Below, piece after piece: positions 1-18,529 of a stretch of 64,000 nucleotides of DNA (position 1 is its first letter; every line of letters starts with the position of its first letter). Both the position numbers and the translations under genes were made by a program. Under the pieces are notes generated by a model that worked only from the letters and a program-made list of their open reading frames with translations, had not been told where the DNA came from and ran no database searches. Location: NCBI RefSeq assembly GCF_009914755.1, contig NC_060935.1. One strand, 5' to 3'. The stretch comes from the human T2T-CHM13v2.0 reference genome, Homo sapiens.

Positions 1-19
1 GAACTATCTAACATAAATC

Positions 20-223
20 ACGGGTTAAAGTGATTCTCCTGCCTCAGCCTCCCAAGTAGCTGGGAGGCATGCGCCACCACGTCCAGCTAATTTTTGTATT
101 TTTAGTAGAGATGGGGTTTCGCCATGTTTGCCAGGCTGGTCTTGAACTCCTAACCTCAGGTGAGCCACACGCCTCCGCCTCCCAAAGTGCTAGGATTACA
201 TGCTTGTACCACTGTGCCTGGCC
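20..223 (-). mobile_element. AluS, lacking the right-arm 3' end and A-tail
   Basis: Reverse-complement Alu motifs (gcctcagcctcccaagtagctggg, ctaatttttgtatttttagtagag, cccaaagtgctaggattaca, ends tgcctggcc). Bases 1-19 are not Alu. Confidence 0.93.
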
Positions 224-1099
224 TTAAACTCGTATTTTTTATATAAATTAAATCCCTAGTTTCCCAATTTTAATTATAATAAATTTACCTGCAGAAAATC
301 AACATTTTAAGAAGAAAAAAGAAGCTGAATATAGTACCAAATATTATGTATATATAATGTTTTAAGATCACAGGAAGCTTTCAACACAATCAGAGTTTGT
401 GGATGGAAGATCCCTGAGAAAAGGCAACTGCAGTAATGGAAAATGGCATTTTGAAAGCTTGGGGATTTGGCCAAGTATTAGAAAAGGGAGAGATGCTGGC
501 AGGATTTCAGGGAGAAAATTTCAGCTAGGAAGCAGAGAAGCTAGCATAGCTTTTGGCCATCTTACAGCCTGGATAAAGAATAAGAAGAGTTTGGGGCTAC
601 CAAGATAGCCAGGATTTCCAAGATTGCCAGAGAAAGAAAGTATAAATAAGTCAGCTCAGGACTGCAGCTTCTTCCATTTGAGAAACTTGCTGAAGTCTTA
701 AGCTGCACCAGAGACCAAGACACAGGTAAAAGGCTGGTAAAAGACAGAGTAGACTTTAGAAGTGGATTTTAGTATTGTAAAAGTGAAATTGAAGGCCCAC
801 CAAGAATGAGAGTTTCTAGCAGATACAGCAGGTCCGCAATTGGAGAGTGCAAACAGGAGGTAGTTATTGACTCTATAATGACTGTCACCAACTACAAATT
901 CTACAACTTGTTCTTTTTTTTTTTCTTATTGGATTATGTGACCTGACCTCACTCTTGACCCACTTCAGACCTCCACAATTTTTATAAATGATATCTTCTT
1001 TCCCATTATAAATTTCTAAATGCAACAAAAACAAACTAAATTAAGAAAAAAGACAAACGAAACACATACACAGATGAGCTAGTTACTACAGTTTTAAGA

Positions 1100-1830
1100 A
1101 ATAAACATTCAAACATCTATAGTTAAATAGGTTAAGAAAATATAAAGTACAGTTGAGAAATTTCCCTCAAAGAAGAGATTTTTTAAAAATAACTGAAGAC
1201 ATAAAATTGAAAAAAATGTGACAGCTGAAATTAAAGATTTAACAAAGATAAGTTTAAAAGCAAACTAGAGACAACAAAGCAGAGGAGCAGTGAGCTACGA
1301 AGTAAGTCATAAGAACACAGCCAGGTTAAAATATATATTGGGCAAAAAAGACAGAAAAAAATCAAAAAGGAACAGTGATCTTACAGACAAAGGGCTCCGT
1401 CAAGTGTAATTACAGTGTCTAAAAAGAAGAATAAAGAAAATGAGGTAGGAGCATTATGTGAAGAGGTATATGACAATAATTTTCCAAAACATATGAAATA
1501 CTTCAAGCCAGGTATTCATAAATCAACAATATAGTCAAGCAGTGTGAATTCAAAGAAATCAATATTCAGATCCATTATAATAAACACGCTGAAAATAAAA
1601 ACCCAAAGAGAAAATTTTCAAGGCAGTTAAAAACATATTGCCTTAAATGTAGCAAAATAAGATGGGTAAGTGATTGATAAAAACATGATACAGCCTGGGT
1701 GACAGAGGGAGACTCTGTCCCAGAAAAAAAAAAAAAAAAGAAGAGAAACAGAAAGTATTGTTCAAATGATGAATAAACTTTAACTGTAAAACTTTATAAT
1801 CATCAAAAATAATCTTGAAAAGTGAATATG
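1100..1830 (+). mobile_element. Old L1M ORF1-region remnant
   Basis: A-rich degenerate ORF1-like motifs (ttttccaaaacatatgaaa, aaagagaaaattttcaaggcag). No open frame. Confidence 0.6.
1691..1740 (+). mobile_element. Severely 5'-truncated Alu (last ~35 nt plus A-tail)
   Basis: cagcctgggtgacagagggagactctgtccc followed by an A-run. Confidence 0.85.
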
Positions 1831-2499
1831 ATACCGATGTCTTATTTAGTTTTCAATACAAAAAATAAAAAGAATAGATTAATAGTTGTGGGGTGAAAGG
1901 ATAGAGACGTAATATGATAAAGCAAATACAGTAAAATGTTCATGACCATATCTAAGTAATGGCTACCTTTGATATCACTGTCAAAATCTGTTAACCTTTG
2001 CTTACATTTGAAAACATTAATAATAAAATATTGAAAAAAGGTGAAGCATAAATGCCATCCCAATAGATGAAAACATCTGAATATGAAAACATATATTATG
2101 AAAATATTTCAGTATATTTAGTTACCAAGAGAATCTTTAAAATTCCAATGAGATACCACAGAACATTCCCACATTGCTACCTGAATTTTGAGTTAGTTCA
2201 TCTAGTAGTAATATAGAATTATGACTATTACACAGTACTTCCACTTCTAGGTATGTGCAACATCAATATTATTCATATTAGTCAATACTGTAAACTAGCC
2301 AAATGAATACATATTTCATCACTGGTTGAGAGCAAATGGCCATGAGCTATACTTTCTCAATGAATATGTATGTTCATGCACATGTATGTAGTAATGCCTT
2401 TTCAAAATACATTCACTTCATAATATAAATCGTTTCCTCTCCCTCTGAATACTGACAATAGTGAATTGTTATTTCTCAAGGGATCATGCTTTTTTTTTT

Positions 2500-2571
2500 A
2501 TTATCCCATGTTTCTGGTGAGGAAACCAAGGCTTAGGGAGGTTATATAATTTGCTCAAGTTTACATAAATT
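2500..2571 (-). mobile_element. MIR core fragment interrupted by an Alu
   Basis: gaggaaaccaaggcttagggaggttatataatttgctcaagtttaca resembles the MIR core (gaggaaactgaggctcagagaggttaagtaacttgcccaaggtcaca). Confidence 0.7.
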
Positions 2572-2951
<380 letters not shown>

Positions 2952-3787
2952 CTAGTGCTTACCATCTGCTATGCACCAAAACATTTTACATTCATCAACT
3001 CATTGTAAACATAGAAAAGCAGCTAATGATTTATCATAGTTTATATATTTAATAATGAATTGGTACCCAAACACAGCTACACTACTTTTATCCCTTGGTT
3101 ATATGATAGAACTTCAGAAAGTCCGTGTGTCAATAGCAATAGTAACAAAATGGCTTGGCGGTGTTTTGTGACAGCAAAGTTCAGGGTGCTTAATAAAGAT
3201 AGAAAGAAATTCACAATGATTTCTACTTTTACCCATAACTGTCACAAAGCTTGTTAAATTTCTGCATTTCAAGGGTGTAGTTTACTTAAGTTTTTCCCTA
3301 GTACATGAAACAGCATCCTAATATAATATTTTCCTAATCTAAATTCCAATCAGGTCACGTTTTATCTGACATTTAATCTAAATGCCAATCAGATCACGTT
3401 GTTAAATGCTATCAGTTCAGGTTTTTTTTTTTGGTTGTTGTTATTTTATCAAATGTGATTCTAAAACTCTATCTCAGGTCTTCTAAAATGATAGCTCTGT
3501 AGATGGTTGTTTATGTCATAAACTTAGCCATATATAATGGTATCTTATTTATTTGCTGGTATATTATCTCTTTCCTCTATTAAAAGAAAGAATATTGAGA
3601 ATTTTGCCTATGTTGATTTCTTTCACTTAGAAAAATAAATAACCTAAACAGGTTGAATAAATGAATAGGATGAATACATGAATGAGACCAAGAATATATA
3701 TTTTACCCCATTTATCCAGGTGATTCATATGTATCTAGACAGTTACTGGTGAACAGATTGGAACTGAGAAACTATTGCTCTGGGTGT

Positions 3788-4456
3788 TGTGGTGGGCAGA
3801 CTTCTAAGGTGGCCTCCAAGTCTCTTGCTCCCTTGGTGTATATTTCCCTCTCATTGACTGTGTTTAGGACCTACAAATAAGAGAGGATTTTACTTCCCTG
3901 ACTAGCTTATGTTATATGACAACAGTGAAGAGATTTTGAAAATAAAACTAAGGTCTCATATATGTTGATTTTGAATTAATCAAAAAGGAGATTATCCTGG
4001 GTAACCTTGACTTAAATAGGTACAAGTCCTTAAAAGTTGGACTGGGTGCCTACTCAAAAGGACCATAGAGAACTGAGATCCTTTTGCTTACTTTGAAAAA
4101 AATAAGCTACCATGTTGTGAAAGTGTTTATTAGAGGGCTACCTGCAAGCAACTCTGGGATCCTTAGAAGCTGAAATCAGCCTCTAGGTGACAGCCAACGA
4201 GAAAGTGAAGACCTGTCCTACAACCACATGAACCTGAATTCTACAAATAACCATATGATCTTGGAGGAGGACTCAGAGTTGCAGAAATAAACTCAGCCTG
4301 GTGGACGCTTATATTTAAGCCTTGTGAGATGCTGATAAAAGAATTCTGCTAATTCACACCTGGAATCCTCATTCACAAAACTGAGATTTAAAAAATATGC
4401 TGTTTTAAGCTTCTCAGTGTGTGGTAAATTGTTACATAGCATAGAATACTAATACA
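3788..4456 (+). mobile_element. MaLR solo LTR (MLT1E-like)
   Basis: Starts tgtggtgggcagacttctaag, contains ggagattatcctgggt, ends with the MLT1 terminus gtggtaaattgttacatagc...ctaataca. Confidence 0.85.
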
Positions 4457-4601
4457 AGGTACTCAAGAATTGATCTTTGATTATTTGATTGTGGTATTTT
4501 ATAGAGCATCTTAGACTTAAGAATAAAAGCCCTTCCTTCAAAGTCATATTTCTTCAACAGTAGACCACCATACATACTCTAAATTATTGAGCTAGTCAGC
4601 A

Positions 4602-4936
<335 letters not shown>

Positions 4937-5047
4937 TAAGTTTTTAGGATGCCAAATATTCCTTACCATGGAGGCATATTCAATGCTTCCCCATTAAGTT
5001 CATTGAATCTTTAGTTAGGTTTTTGTTTAGTTTGGTTTGATTTGTTC

Positions 5048-5072
5048 GTGTGTGTGTGTGTGTATGTGTGTG
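5048..5072. repeat. (TG)n microsatellite
   Basis: Direct reading. Confidence 0.9.
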
Positions 5073-5534
5073 CATGGTTAAAAAAAATTCCCTGAATTTC
5101 AATTTTGCTTAACTTGCTTATAAGAATTGTTAATTTTTTACATGCTCAGTCTATATTTATTAAAATAATCATATTAATTTACTGTTGTGACAAATTACAT
5201 TATAATGTAATGATAAATTGTCTTTGCATACCTGAAATAAGCCCTTTTAGTCAATAATATATTATCATATTTGATTTGCCTTTTATTCAGAAATTTTGCA
5301 TCTGCATTTAAGAAAAAAATCTGTCCCAATTTTTTTTTTTTTTTTTACTTCTTTTTCAAGTTTTAAAAGCAACTTTGTTCTTGACATCATAAAATAACTT
5401 GGAAAGTTTACCTCTTTTGTATTTCTTTGAACAGTTTCTGAAAGACTTATTTCATTTTCTCTTAAAATATTTAATAAATTACTAATAAATCATCTGATCT
5501 TCCATTTTCGGAAGGTTTTAAAGAATGAATTGCT

Positions 5535-5797
5535 ACTTTGGGAGGCCAAGGCGGGTGGATCACCTGAGGTCAGGAGTTCGAGACCAGCCTGGCCAAAATG
5601 GTGAAACCCCCATCTGTACAGAAGTACAAAAATTAGCCGGGCACGATGGCAGGTGCCTGTAATCCAAGCTACTCAGGAGGCTGAGGCAGAAGAATCACTT
5701 GAACCTGGGAGACGGAGGTTGCAGTGAGCCAAGATCGTGCCATTTTCACTGCAGCCTGGGCAAGAGAGTGAGACTCCACCTTAAAAAAAAAAAAAAA
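5535..5797 (+). mobile_element. 5'-truncated AluS
   Basis: Begins at actttgggaggccaagg; A-tail present. TSD aaagaatgaatt(g/a)ct. Confidence 0.96.
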
Positions 5798-6498
5798 GAA
5801 TGAATTACTTTTTTTAACTGAAATCAGATAATTCAGATTTTCTATTTTTTCTATTTTTCTACTGTCATCTTTGTAAAGTTAGGCTTATCAAGCAATCTAT
5901 CCATACATATATAGAACAGTTTTTATTTAATATTTCATTGATTTTTAATATTTGTTATTCTGTACTTTCTAATTTATTTTTATTGACTGATTTGTATTAA
6001 CTTCTGAGATAAAAGTTTAAATTTTTATTTTCAATTATGTTTTCTTTTATACTAAGTATATTTAAGGCATAATCAAGCAGGTGATAATTAAGCTGTAGCA
6101 TAAAACAATGTATTTGCAATGAATAAACAAAGGATTTATATCCAAAATATATAAAAAATACCTACAAACCAAAAAGAAAATTACAGACAAAAGAAAAATG
6201 TAAAAAAAATGAATAGGTGATTCGAAAAATAGATTATGCAAATGGATAATATAAATAGAAAAAAATTGCTCCATATTATTAGCCTTCAGGAAAATGTAAT
6301 TTAAAACCATTGTGGCTAACTTGAAAATTAAAAATACTACCCATATATCAGGACACAGAACAACTGCAGCTCTCCTAAATTGATTGTGGAAGTATAGATT
6401 GGTGTAAACATTTTTGAATACTATTTCCCAGTATCTAAAAAAGTTGAATATATGATCCATTTCTGAGTATATATAGAAAATATCTCTCTACTTTTGGT

Positions 6499-6502
<4 letters not shown>

Positions 6503-6545
<43 letters not shown>
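6503..6545. repeat. (CA)n microsatellite
   Basis: About 21 uninterrupted CA units. Confidence 0.97.
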
Positions 6546-6549
<4 letters not shown>

Positions 6550-6748
6550 TCACAGGAGAATTATTTTTATATCCCAAACTGGAAATACTGTAATGCTCAT
6601 CTAAAGCAGAATGAACATAATATAGCAGTATATTAATACATTCCTATAGTACATATCAACAAGAATAAATGAACTTAAACTATACAGAATAATATCAAAG
6701 ACTCTCACAAGTATAATATTGAGCCAAAGTAGCCAGGAACAAATAAGA

Positions 6749-7180
6749 TGTAAACTGAAATGTATCTGAGACAAGTCTCAATCAATTTAGAAGTTTATTT
6801 TGCCAAAGTTAAGGACATGCCTGAAAGAAAGAAACATAGAATCACAGAAAGTCTCATATCTGTGCCTTTTTATAAAGATGATTTCGAGGCCTTCAATATT
6901 TAAATATTTAAATAAAGGGTAAACGTTGAAAGAGAAAAGGAGCAGGCAGGGAAATAGTCAATTATGTAAACCTCTTGCAACTCATCGAATCCTCAATAAA
7001 TCAGCATCTTACATAAGGTAAAGGGAACATAGAGTAGCTACCTATGGCGATATTTAACTTTGTATCTGCAGCTATCTGCTTAGAAAAGGAAAGGCACCTT
7101 TCTGATGACTTAGCTTTCAGCTTATTGTTTTTCTTTTGGCATAGTGAATTGGAGTCCCAAATTCTTATTTTCCTTTCACA
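6749..7180 (-). mobile_element. ERV1 solo LTR, MER4 family
   Basis: TG..CA termini. Minus strand starts tgtgaaaggaaaataag and ends ggcaaaataaacttctaaattgattgagacttgtctcagatac. 4-bp TSD aaga/agga. Confidence 0.88.
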
Positions 7181-10100
7181 AGGACATGCTGTATGATTCC
7201 ATTTGTATATAATTTAAATCATGCAAAATTGATGTAAAGAGTTTAAAATTTGGATAGTATTGCTCCCTTGGGTGTGAGTGGAAGTTACTGAGAGAAGATC
7301 CAGGGGCTTTTGGAGAGATACCAAGGTATCCTGGTACCTTTGATTTTTCATCTTGGTACCAGTTACATGGTTGTGTTTTCTATGACAAAGTTAATTGAGG
7401 CCTACTGTTATGATTTTTGTAGTTTTTAGTATATAGACTTAAGTAAAATTTATAAAATAAGAAATTTGTGGGATACAGGCAATGACATCCATAGAGTGAA
7501 ATTTATATAGCTTATAAATGCAATTTCTAGGGAAAAAGAATGAGAAATGTATGACCTAAAAGACCATCTAAATAGCTAAAAAAAGAAGCAAACTAAATAC
7601 ACAATAAAAGCAGAGATAATGATATGTATGTTCTAATTTAAAACAGAAACTAATGAAAGAAACAGAATAGAGAAGATCAATGAGGCATTTTTTTGTTTGT
7701 TTAGAATTTTGTTTGTTTAGAATATTGTGCATTTATAAAAGGTAAGCTAGGCTTATTTTGGAATAATTCCAAATCCATCCTTTATCAAATTCATTTGTTT
7801 GATACATAGAGAAAAACTCTCTCCTCCTAAATTGTGTTTATTACCACTCCAAGAAGTGGTTGTTAAACATTTCATGGTAGGTAGATAAATAGAGAGATAG
7901 ATAGAATTTTCCAGAATGGGATAATTGTATACTTATTCTACAACTTGTTTCTCATTTATTGTAGATCACATATATCCCTTGTTACTATAAATGGTGTATC
8001 TATGTACCCATATCTATATGTAAAGGAGATATATCATGTTTAAAATTCTTACGGATTCATAAGTAAACAAAACTGCACTTATCATCTTAGAGGTATAGAT
8101 CAATAAATTATCACAAAGTCACCACACCTTTGGAAGTAACTATAGTTCACAAAACCTAAAATAGAGTTCTTATGTAAAATTTAATGACCAAATGGTAGTT
8201 GGAAATTAGCAAGAAGGTGAGTATTTTCATATTTGATCTTGTAAAGACAAGAAGAAGTTCTCACAGAAAGATCACGTAATTGCCCAGTCTGTTTTATGTA
8301 CTGTCAAGATTAAGTTTCTACAGCACTTTCTCAAGGATCTAATAATGTTTTGCCTCTCTCCACAACTCTCTAGACATTCTGGAAAGAAGACAATTCCAAC
8401 CCAGCTCTACAAGACTGAATTGTTATTGATTTTGGAAGTTTTATAATTCAAAATTCCTGTGAAATGTAAAATTCAAATCTTGTCACCTTGTGGACTTGAA
8501 CTGCTTGTGAACGCAAGAGCAATTGAAAGCAGCTAGCAGCGGTTGCTGAGAAAGTAAGCTTTTTTCAGGGTAAGCTTTGAATGATTAAAATTTTTCTGTC
8601 TCTTCGGATGCAAGGGGAGCATCAGGAAGAATGTCTAGGAAGAAGCCACATCATTTACTAAGTCAGCATGGATTGATTCAGCTAGAGTGGTTGTAATTAT
8701 CCTTTTAGGCTGAGTCAGGATACAGCTTTCTCCTCACAAAGAGCCTTAAGTTTCTAAGCTAGAAGAGGAAAGCATTTGGCTCTGGGGGATGTATCAGTTC
8801 ACCCGTGAGTGAGACTCAGCCGTCTTACCTCTCCAATCAAATTTGTCAGACTCTTTTAGTTTTGTGCAACCGTTACCAGAGTAACTATTCAGAGCCCCTG
8901 CTGTTTAGTTCCCCAAAGAAAAGGCAACATTTCAACATTTTTCTGACACAAATTGGAAAGTTGTGTAGCTCCTGCCTGTATGATCTCAGCAGGAGGCCTG
9001 GTAAACCAGTAGGAAAACTGTGGTAGGGCAATCAAAAAACACTAGGAGATAACTGAAATTTTCTAATATAAGAAGCTGTCTTTAGGAGATGTGCTACAGT
9101 GATGCTACAGTTTGGAATGCACTATATCACTGTGGTTCGGTAGCAATATTCAATTCGATGAGCAGTTTTTTGTACATTCATGCAGCCAATATACTGACTG
9201 TGCAAGTTATAAACAAATGAATTGACATGATCATTTCACCTCAGGGAACTTGCCCTGCAATGGTGCAGATAAGGTACATCCAATCACAGTTAAACTAATT
9301 TTTAGTGTGAAAGCGCATAGCATGGAGTAATCAGTTCTGAGTGAAAAATTCTAAGAAAGCTTCATAAATGAGATAAAATTCTAGGTGGCTGTCTCCCACC
9401 TCTTGCAGTAAATGTATAGGAAGGACACCAGAGACCGAGAAAGTAAATGAGTAAAATCATAGACTTCTTTTTCCCAGATATGCTTACAGAAGGGAGTAAA
9501 GCCAGAGTGGCGGAAAATAAAACTGGAAAGGTAGACAAATAATCATTCATTTTATATCAGTCTTTCGAGTGATTTTATCATAAAGAGAACTAAATAAGTT
9601 TATTTGCAAATAGTCTTTCAATTCACAAAAAAGAAATGGATTTGCATTTAAGTTGAAATAAAAATTCCATATTGGCATTAATAATATTGGCTTATTGCTA
9701 ATATAAAATATTACATTAGATAAAACAACATAAAATTGTCTGTTTGGGTTGTATAAAACAGTTCAATATCAGAATTTTACATCATGAAATTAGTAATATT
9801 TTCATGGCATACCTTATTCATTGCTTACTTCATTAATTCATAATTTCTCAAAATTTTTCACATTCATAGACACTTACAGAATTGCTTTTTCCTCTAAATA
9901 AGGGGATCTGAGAACAACATGTGCATTTACAGACATATGAACATTTTGTGTAGGAGGAAGTGGTTCTCAAAGAGCATTAGGATAGTTAATGTGTATGGTT
10001 CCTGAACATGGAGGTACGCTTAAAGATGTAGCTTTGAATAATAAGTATATCAATTCATAAGCATCCAGGCCGCACGACACGTTCAAACGATACAAACAGT

Positions 10101-10549
10101 AATAGACCAGAAGACCTCCTGACTCTAATGATTCCAACTCAAAAATTGAAAACTTCTGTTATAAAGCCATATCTTTCTTCTCCTTTTTAAGGACATGTTT
10201 CTTGTCATGAGATTATTCGAGCTTTGAATGAGGCTGGTATTACTATTGATTTCATTGTTGCTTGGTTGATACTTTGCTTTCTGAGCCTGTGTGCAACTGA
10301 TTATATTCTGCTTTGAAACTCAAGATAATTTATATTACTGATTGGTGCCTGTGAAGAAAGTAGAAAATGACATTTCTCTCATGAAAAGGCATTTCTTCTT
10401 TTGGCCTTAGTGAGAAGAAAGATTATTTCTGGCCTAATGTCCTTATAGATTTTAGAAATTTTGAATTGTTTAAAATACGAGGATATTGTCACGTCTGGGG
10501 TTATATATGTGTTTGGAGGGTTTTTTTGTTGTTGTTGTTTAACTCTTTA

Positions 10550-10849
<300 letters not shown>

Positions 10850-11381
10850 TCACAATTTCTAGGACCTAATCAAATATGTCAGAAGAAAAATAATGAATAA
10901 TTTTTTTTTTCCTAAAAACATTTTATAATGTTGGTTCCACAATAATTTTCTTCAGAAAATATTTTATAATTTTGTTTTTCACATGTTGAAACACAAAACA
11001 GAAAGAATATCAGCACTCAGAAGGCACCGTATCAGTAGAAATAAAATGTGGCCCAGCTAATATGAAGTTGATTGTACTGGAGAGAGGCTATAATTTGTTC
11101 TCAAATCTAACTCTTCTTTTATTTCTACCACCCTTGTCCTCATAATGGCTGTCACCACCTCTTATCTGAACAATTTTAGTAGCCTTCTGATTATTATTCC
11201 TTCCATTAATAATAACACATTAAGGTAAAGTGTTATAGTATATTTTATAATATATATTTGTTATACATTCATGCACGTTAATATTATGCATATATAAATG
11301 CATGCTTTCCCCTATGGAATTTAAAAAATGTGTGTATTTCACATAAAAATTAAAACTAAAAATTGAATATTTTAATAGTAT

Positions 11382-11801
11382 TGGTACAGGATAGGCAAGC
11401 CCCCAAACTGGAGTTTAGCCCATGAAGGTTCTTGGCTTCGTCGAGGAAAGAATTCAAGCATGAACCAGTGGAATTACTGAAATGGACATGTACAGCAGCA
11501 ACAGAAGTACTACAGAACAGGGCTACCCTATAGACAGTGTGCCCAGAGTAGTCACTGAGAAGCAATTCTGCACTTACATCCATTTTTAATTATATTCACA
11601 TCAAGGGGTGGTTTGTGCATTAATTTCTAGGATGAGTGTAGTAACTTCCAGGTGTTCTCATGGCAATGGTAAACTGACATGGCACAATAGTGGATGTGTC
11701 TTGTGGAAAACTACTTTCATTCCAGACTTGTTTTAACTAATCCTCAAATTGGTCCAGTGTTTGAACTCCGCCTCTGAAGTAGGGTCCCACCTCCTATCTC
11801 A
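11382..11801 (-). mobile_element. ERV1-class solo LTR (MER66-like; subfamily uncertain)
   Basis: TG..CA termini, 4-bp TSD gtat/gttt, motifs ggttcttggcttcg..ggaaagaattcaag and catggcaatggtaaactgacatggcac. Confidence 0.8.
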
Positions 11802-12861
11802 GTTTTACGACAAAACAACTAAACGGTTTAAACCTGCTTCTTTAAGAAGCAATTTATTGATCATCATGTCTTTAAAGCAAGATAGAAATCTATGTAGAAC
11901 CCTTTTAAAAAGCATTTATGGGCAAATTACAGAGAGGTATTTACAGTAAATTTATAAAGAAGACACTAGAGACTTTTTAAAAATCATGTATTTACAAAAT
12001 ATATGATTGTAAAATCATGTATTGAAATAATGTATTGACATCTGGAAAAATTAATGAAGAAAACAATCTCACATTATATCCAGTTCCTGTAATGCCAAGC
12101 TCAGTTTGTGATTGTAAAGCCATGCTTCTGTACCAAATTTGATCTTCCCTTACATAATCTGAGAAAATATTAAAAAGTCACTAAAGCAGGTTTTAATATT
12201 TTTCAAAAATAATCATTATAAAATGAGTGAAAAGGATTGGCTGCAATTCCCTCAGGCTAATTATTTGACAAATGTTTGAAATTTAGATGCCTACCAAGGA
12301 GAAAAATATAGTACCTATTCGCTCATCTCAGATAGAATCATAAGACACTTCAGAGATAAAGAGATGAAAGAAGCAATCCTTAGGGAGAGCTTTATGATAA
12401 ATAAACCATCGTCAGTCTCAAAACTCCATTTGTACCTGGCTCTGAAAGCATATGTGGGTTTATCTAATACATTTTCATTGCACTTCTACTCTGAGCCAAG
12501 TAAAATGCTGGACTCTCTGGACTGGAAAAAAAAAAAAAAAGGATACAGTGCCTCCTCTCCAGAAGCTCATAATTTAACAGTCCAGGACATGTTTTCCAAA
12601 TTGTTTATAGGCACTAGACAGGAAAGTATAATAACATGGCTTCTATCCAGGGTCTAGGCCAAATACAGAGCCAACACGCAAATTGATGTTAAATCACCCA
12701 CTGAACTCTCACCTTAACCTGGGTCCCTATGAAATACCTGTTGGTCAAGTTGTAGTTTATGCAGGTGACATCTAAAGGGAATTTAGTTACTGAATTACGA
12801 AGTGCAAACAACTACCAAAAAGTAAATAAGGGGGTAAAATTCCTCATTAGCTTTTATTTCA

Positions 12862-13015
12862 ATTATTTTCAAACTTCAATATGCATATGGGTCACCTGGG
12901 GATCTTATGTATTCTGATTCAGTAGATTTCAGGTGTTACCTTAGATTCTGCATATTTTGTAGACGTCAGGTGATAATAGTTGCTGCTGGCTCAGAAACCA
13001 TATACTGAGTAATAA
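12862..13015. mobile_element. MER5A (hAT-Charlie) DNA transposon relic
   Basis: tcaaacttcaatatgcatatgggtcacctggggatctt...attctgattcagtag...ctgctggctcagaaaccatatactgagta. Confidence 0.8.
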
Positions 13016-13086
13016 ACATGAACAACTCCATGATAGTACCCATCTTATTATATTGAACATTATGTTTTTATGATAGCTGAAAATAT

Positions 13087-13135
13087 CAGTGCCTGACATA
13101 CAATAAGTGTCTATTAAATGTTCACTGAATTTAAA
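13087..13135 (+). mobile_element. L2 3' end fragment
   Basis: cagtgcctgacatacaataagtgtctattaaatgttcactgaat. Confidence 0.6.
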
Positions 13136-14010
13136 AGAAATAGATGTGTGTGCACATTACTTTATTACCACAAATAATAATTTGGTTATTCTAATTTTTT
13201 AAAATGAGCCACTATTAGATTAATTATACTTGAACTTAAATATTTTCTGTTTCATTTTGTGCATCTCCATCTTCCAAATTATTCTCTAATACTAGATAGT
13301 AAAAAGAAATTTAAGCCATATCAGTTGTTACATTATTCAAATAAAAATTTAAAAAGATATAAAAACTGTCACTTTATTTAATTACAATTATAACTTCATG
13401 TTACTTTTAAAAATTGAGTTTTAATTGAGTCATCTACTTCCTTTCAATTCTGATTGGAAGCACAGTGAGATATTTTTTCTGAATGCCTTGGTACTTAGCT
13501 AACCCACAGAGAAAGCAGAATAATGCCTGATACTTTTTCTCTGGGAATGTTAAAACAATGAAGGTACATTGTTATATCTCCCAAATCCACATTGTTTTCA
13601 TTGATTCTCCTGAGAGTATTATTGAGAGAAGGGATTTTTGCTTATTGTACAAGGCTGTTAATATGCTGCCCCATGAAGTTTTTTTCTCTTAAAATATCAT
13701 GAAATGTGATATTTACTTAGGACTGCTTTCCAGAAAATCCTCTAGTCTGGTTCCATGAGGGCTTCCTAGTTCACCTAATCTTGTGGACAATGGTCAAAAT
13801 ATAAGAACATTTTCAAAAATAGAAGTTTCTACTACTGTTGAAATTTTAACATATTTTAGATGAAGGAGGTTTTCTTGAGGGCAGTTCAAACTTTCTGATT
13901 CTATTCTCCAGAGTTTTGGGAAAAACAAATACTCAAATATCATGCGCCTGAAACTGTAGCTTTTTTCCCCTTGTTTCTTTTTCTTTTTTTAGTTGAGAAG
14001 CCTAAGCATG

Positions 14011-14338
<328 letters not shown>

Positions 14339-15288
14339 AGCATGTTTTTATATAGCATTTTATTCCTTACATCACCTTTTGCTATATAGTTATCTATAAT
14401 GGTGAATTTTCAAATTACTCAACTATAAAAACAATTACCCTTTTTGCTTAAACAGTCATTCCATATGACAGCTGACTCAACAGGTAAATTATGGTCTCAA
14501 ATTTATTTTTACCAATATACTAATGTTCATTTTAATACATCTCAGAAAGGTTCTGATTTTTGTATTCTTTTAAGAATTTAAGTACATGAAAATATTTAAT
14601 GTATTTAAAGAAGAATACTCTCTTAATGAAAACATGTTTACCATTTAGATCATGAACTGCATTGGTAAGGCAGCAAAAAAGGAGGGGGAGGAAATTACTG
14701 CCAAGGTAAAGCTTCAACATCCCTAATAAGCGGTGTTTATTTACTCCAGATAGCCAAAGAGTAGGAATGAAAAGGAAATGTGTTGCCAAAATTAACTAAT
14801 GCAACTAGTAGAATTAAAAAGGTCAAGTATCAAGCTGTGGAGCTCCTCATTCTTGGAGCTGATTCCTTTTTATGAACCTAATTAGTACTTCACTTGTATA
14901 CACAAGGCCCCTCATTTTTATGCAAATGAATTTGTACCATCTGTTCGGTTTACTCCTAAATACATATGAAAATGTTTTACTCTCCCACTCAGTAGAATGG
15001 GGGATAACAGAGCTGCTCAAACATCTAGGCTGGTCAATAATAACCTCATGTGTATGTAAATAGTTTGTCTCACACAATACTAGCACAGAAAGCGCAATAT
15101 GAATCATGTTACTATAGGATGTATAAGGCATAAATGCTCTTTTCAGTTTTCATTTAACTGTGATTTTCTGGTCTATGGCTAGAATGGCAGGAAAGAAATA
15201 CATAATCGATATGGCAGGAGTTTTCACACAGCATGAGTGATGAAAGAAGACACTCCTGTCTTGGCAGTCCCAACATAAAAATGTTTTC

Positions 15289-18370
<3,082 letters not shown>

Positions 18371-18473
18371 AATGTTTTCAAAGAAAGGGAATTAGGAATG
18401 GTGGTCATGATGACTTTGGACAACCAGGAACATCTCCTATCATGAACATGCAAGGATGCTGGCTCATGGAAAA

Positions 18474-18477
<4 letters not shown>

Positions 18478-18525
<48 letters not shown>
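18478..18525. repeat. (CA)n microsatellite
   Basis: About 23 CA units after an A-run. Confidence 0.97.

Positions 18526-18529
<4 letters not shown>

Larger units (their letters stand above)
6110..7460 (+). mobile_element. L1ME-type 3' end, interrupted by (CA)n and a MER4-family LTR
   Basis: Degenerate ORF2-end/3'UTR motifs. agccaggaacaaataaga resumes as catgctgtatgattccatttgtata after the LTR. Confidence 0.75.

Noticed and set aside
20-1740. Minus-strand Alu lacking its 3' end and plus-strand Alu 3' stub as halves of one inverted element
   Set aside because: The pieces do not abut in the consensus and no shared TSD is visible
7317-7361. Short inverted repeats gatacc/ggtatc and ctggtacc/ggtaccag
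   Set aside because: 6-8 bp stems inside an L1ME relic; expected by chance
14654-14717. Ankyrin-like reading (LHW..AAKKEGEEI) of the 52-bp duplicate
   Set aside because: Needs a frameshift through a stop and lacks the TPLH motif; too weak to name
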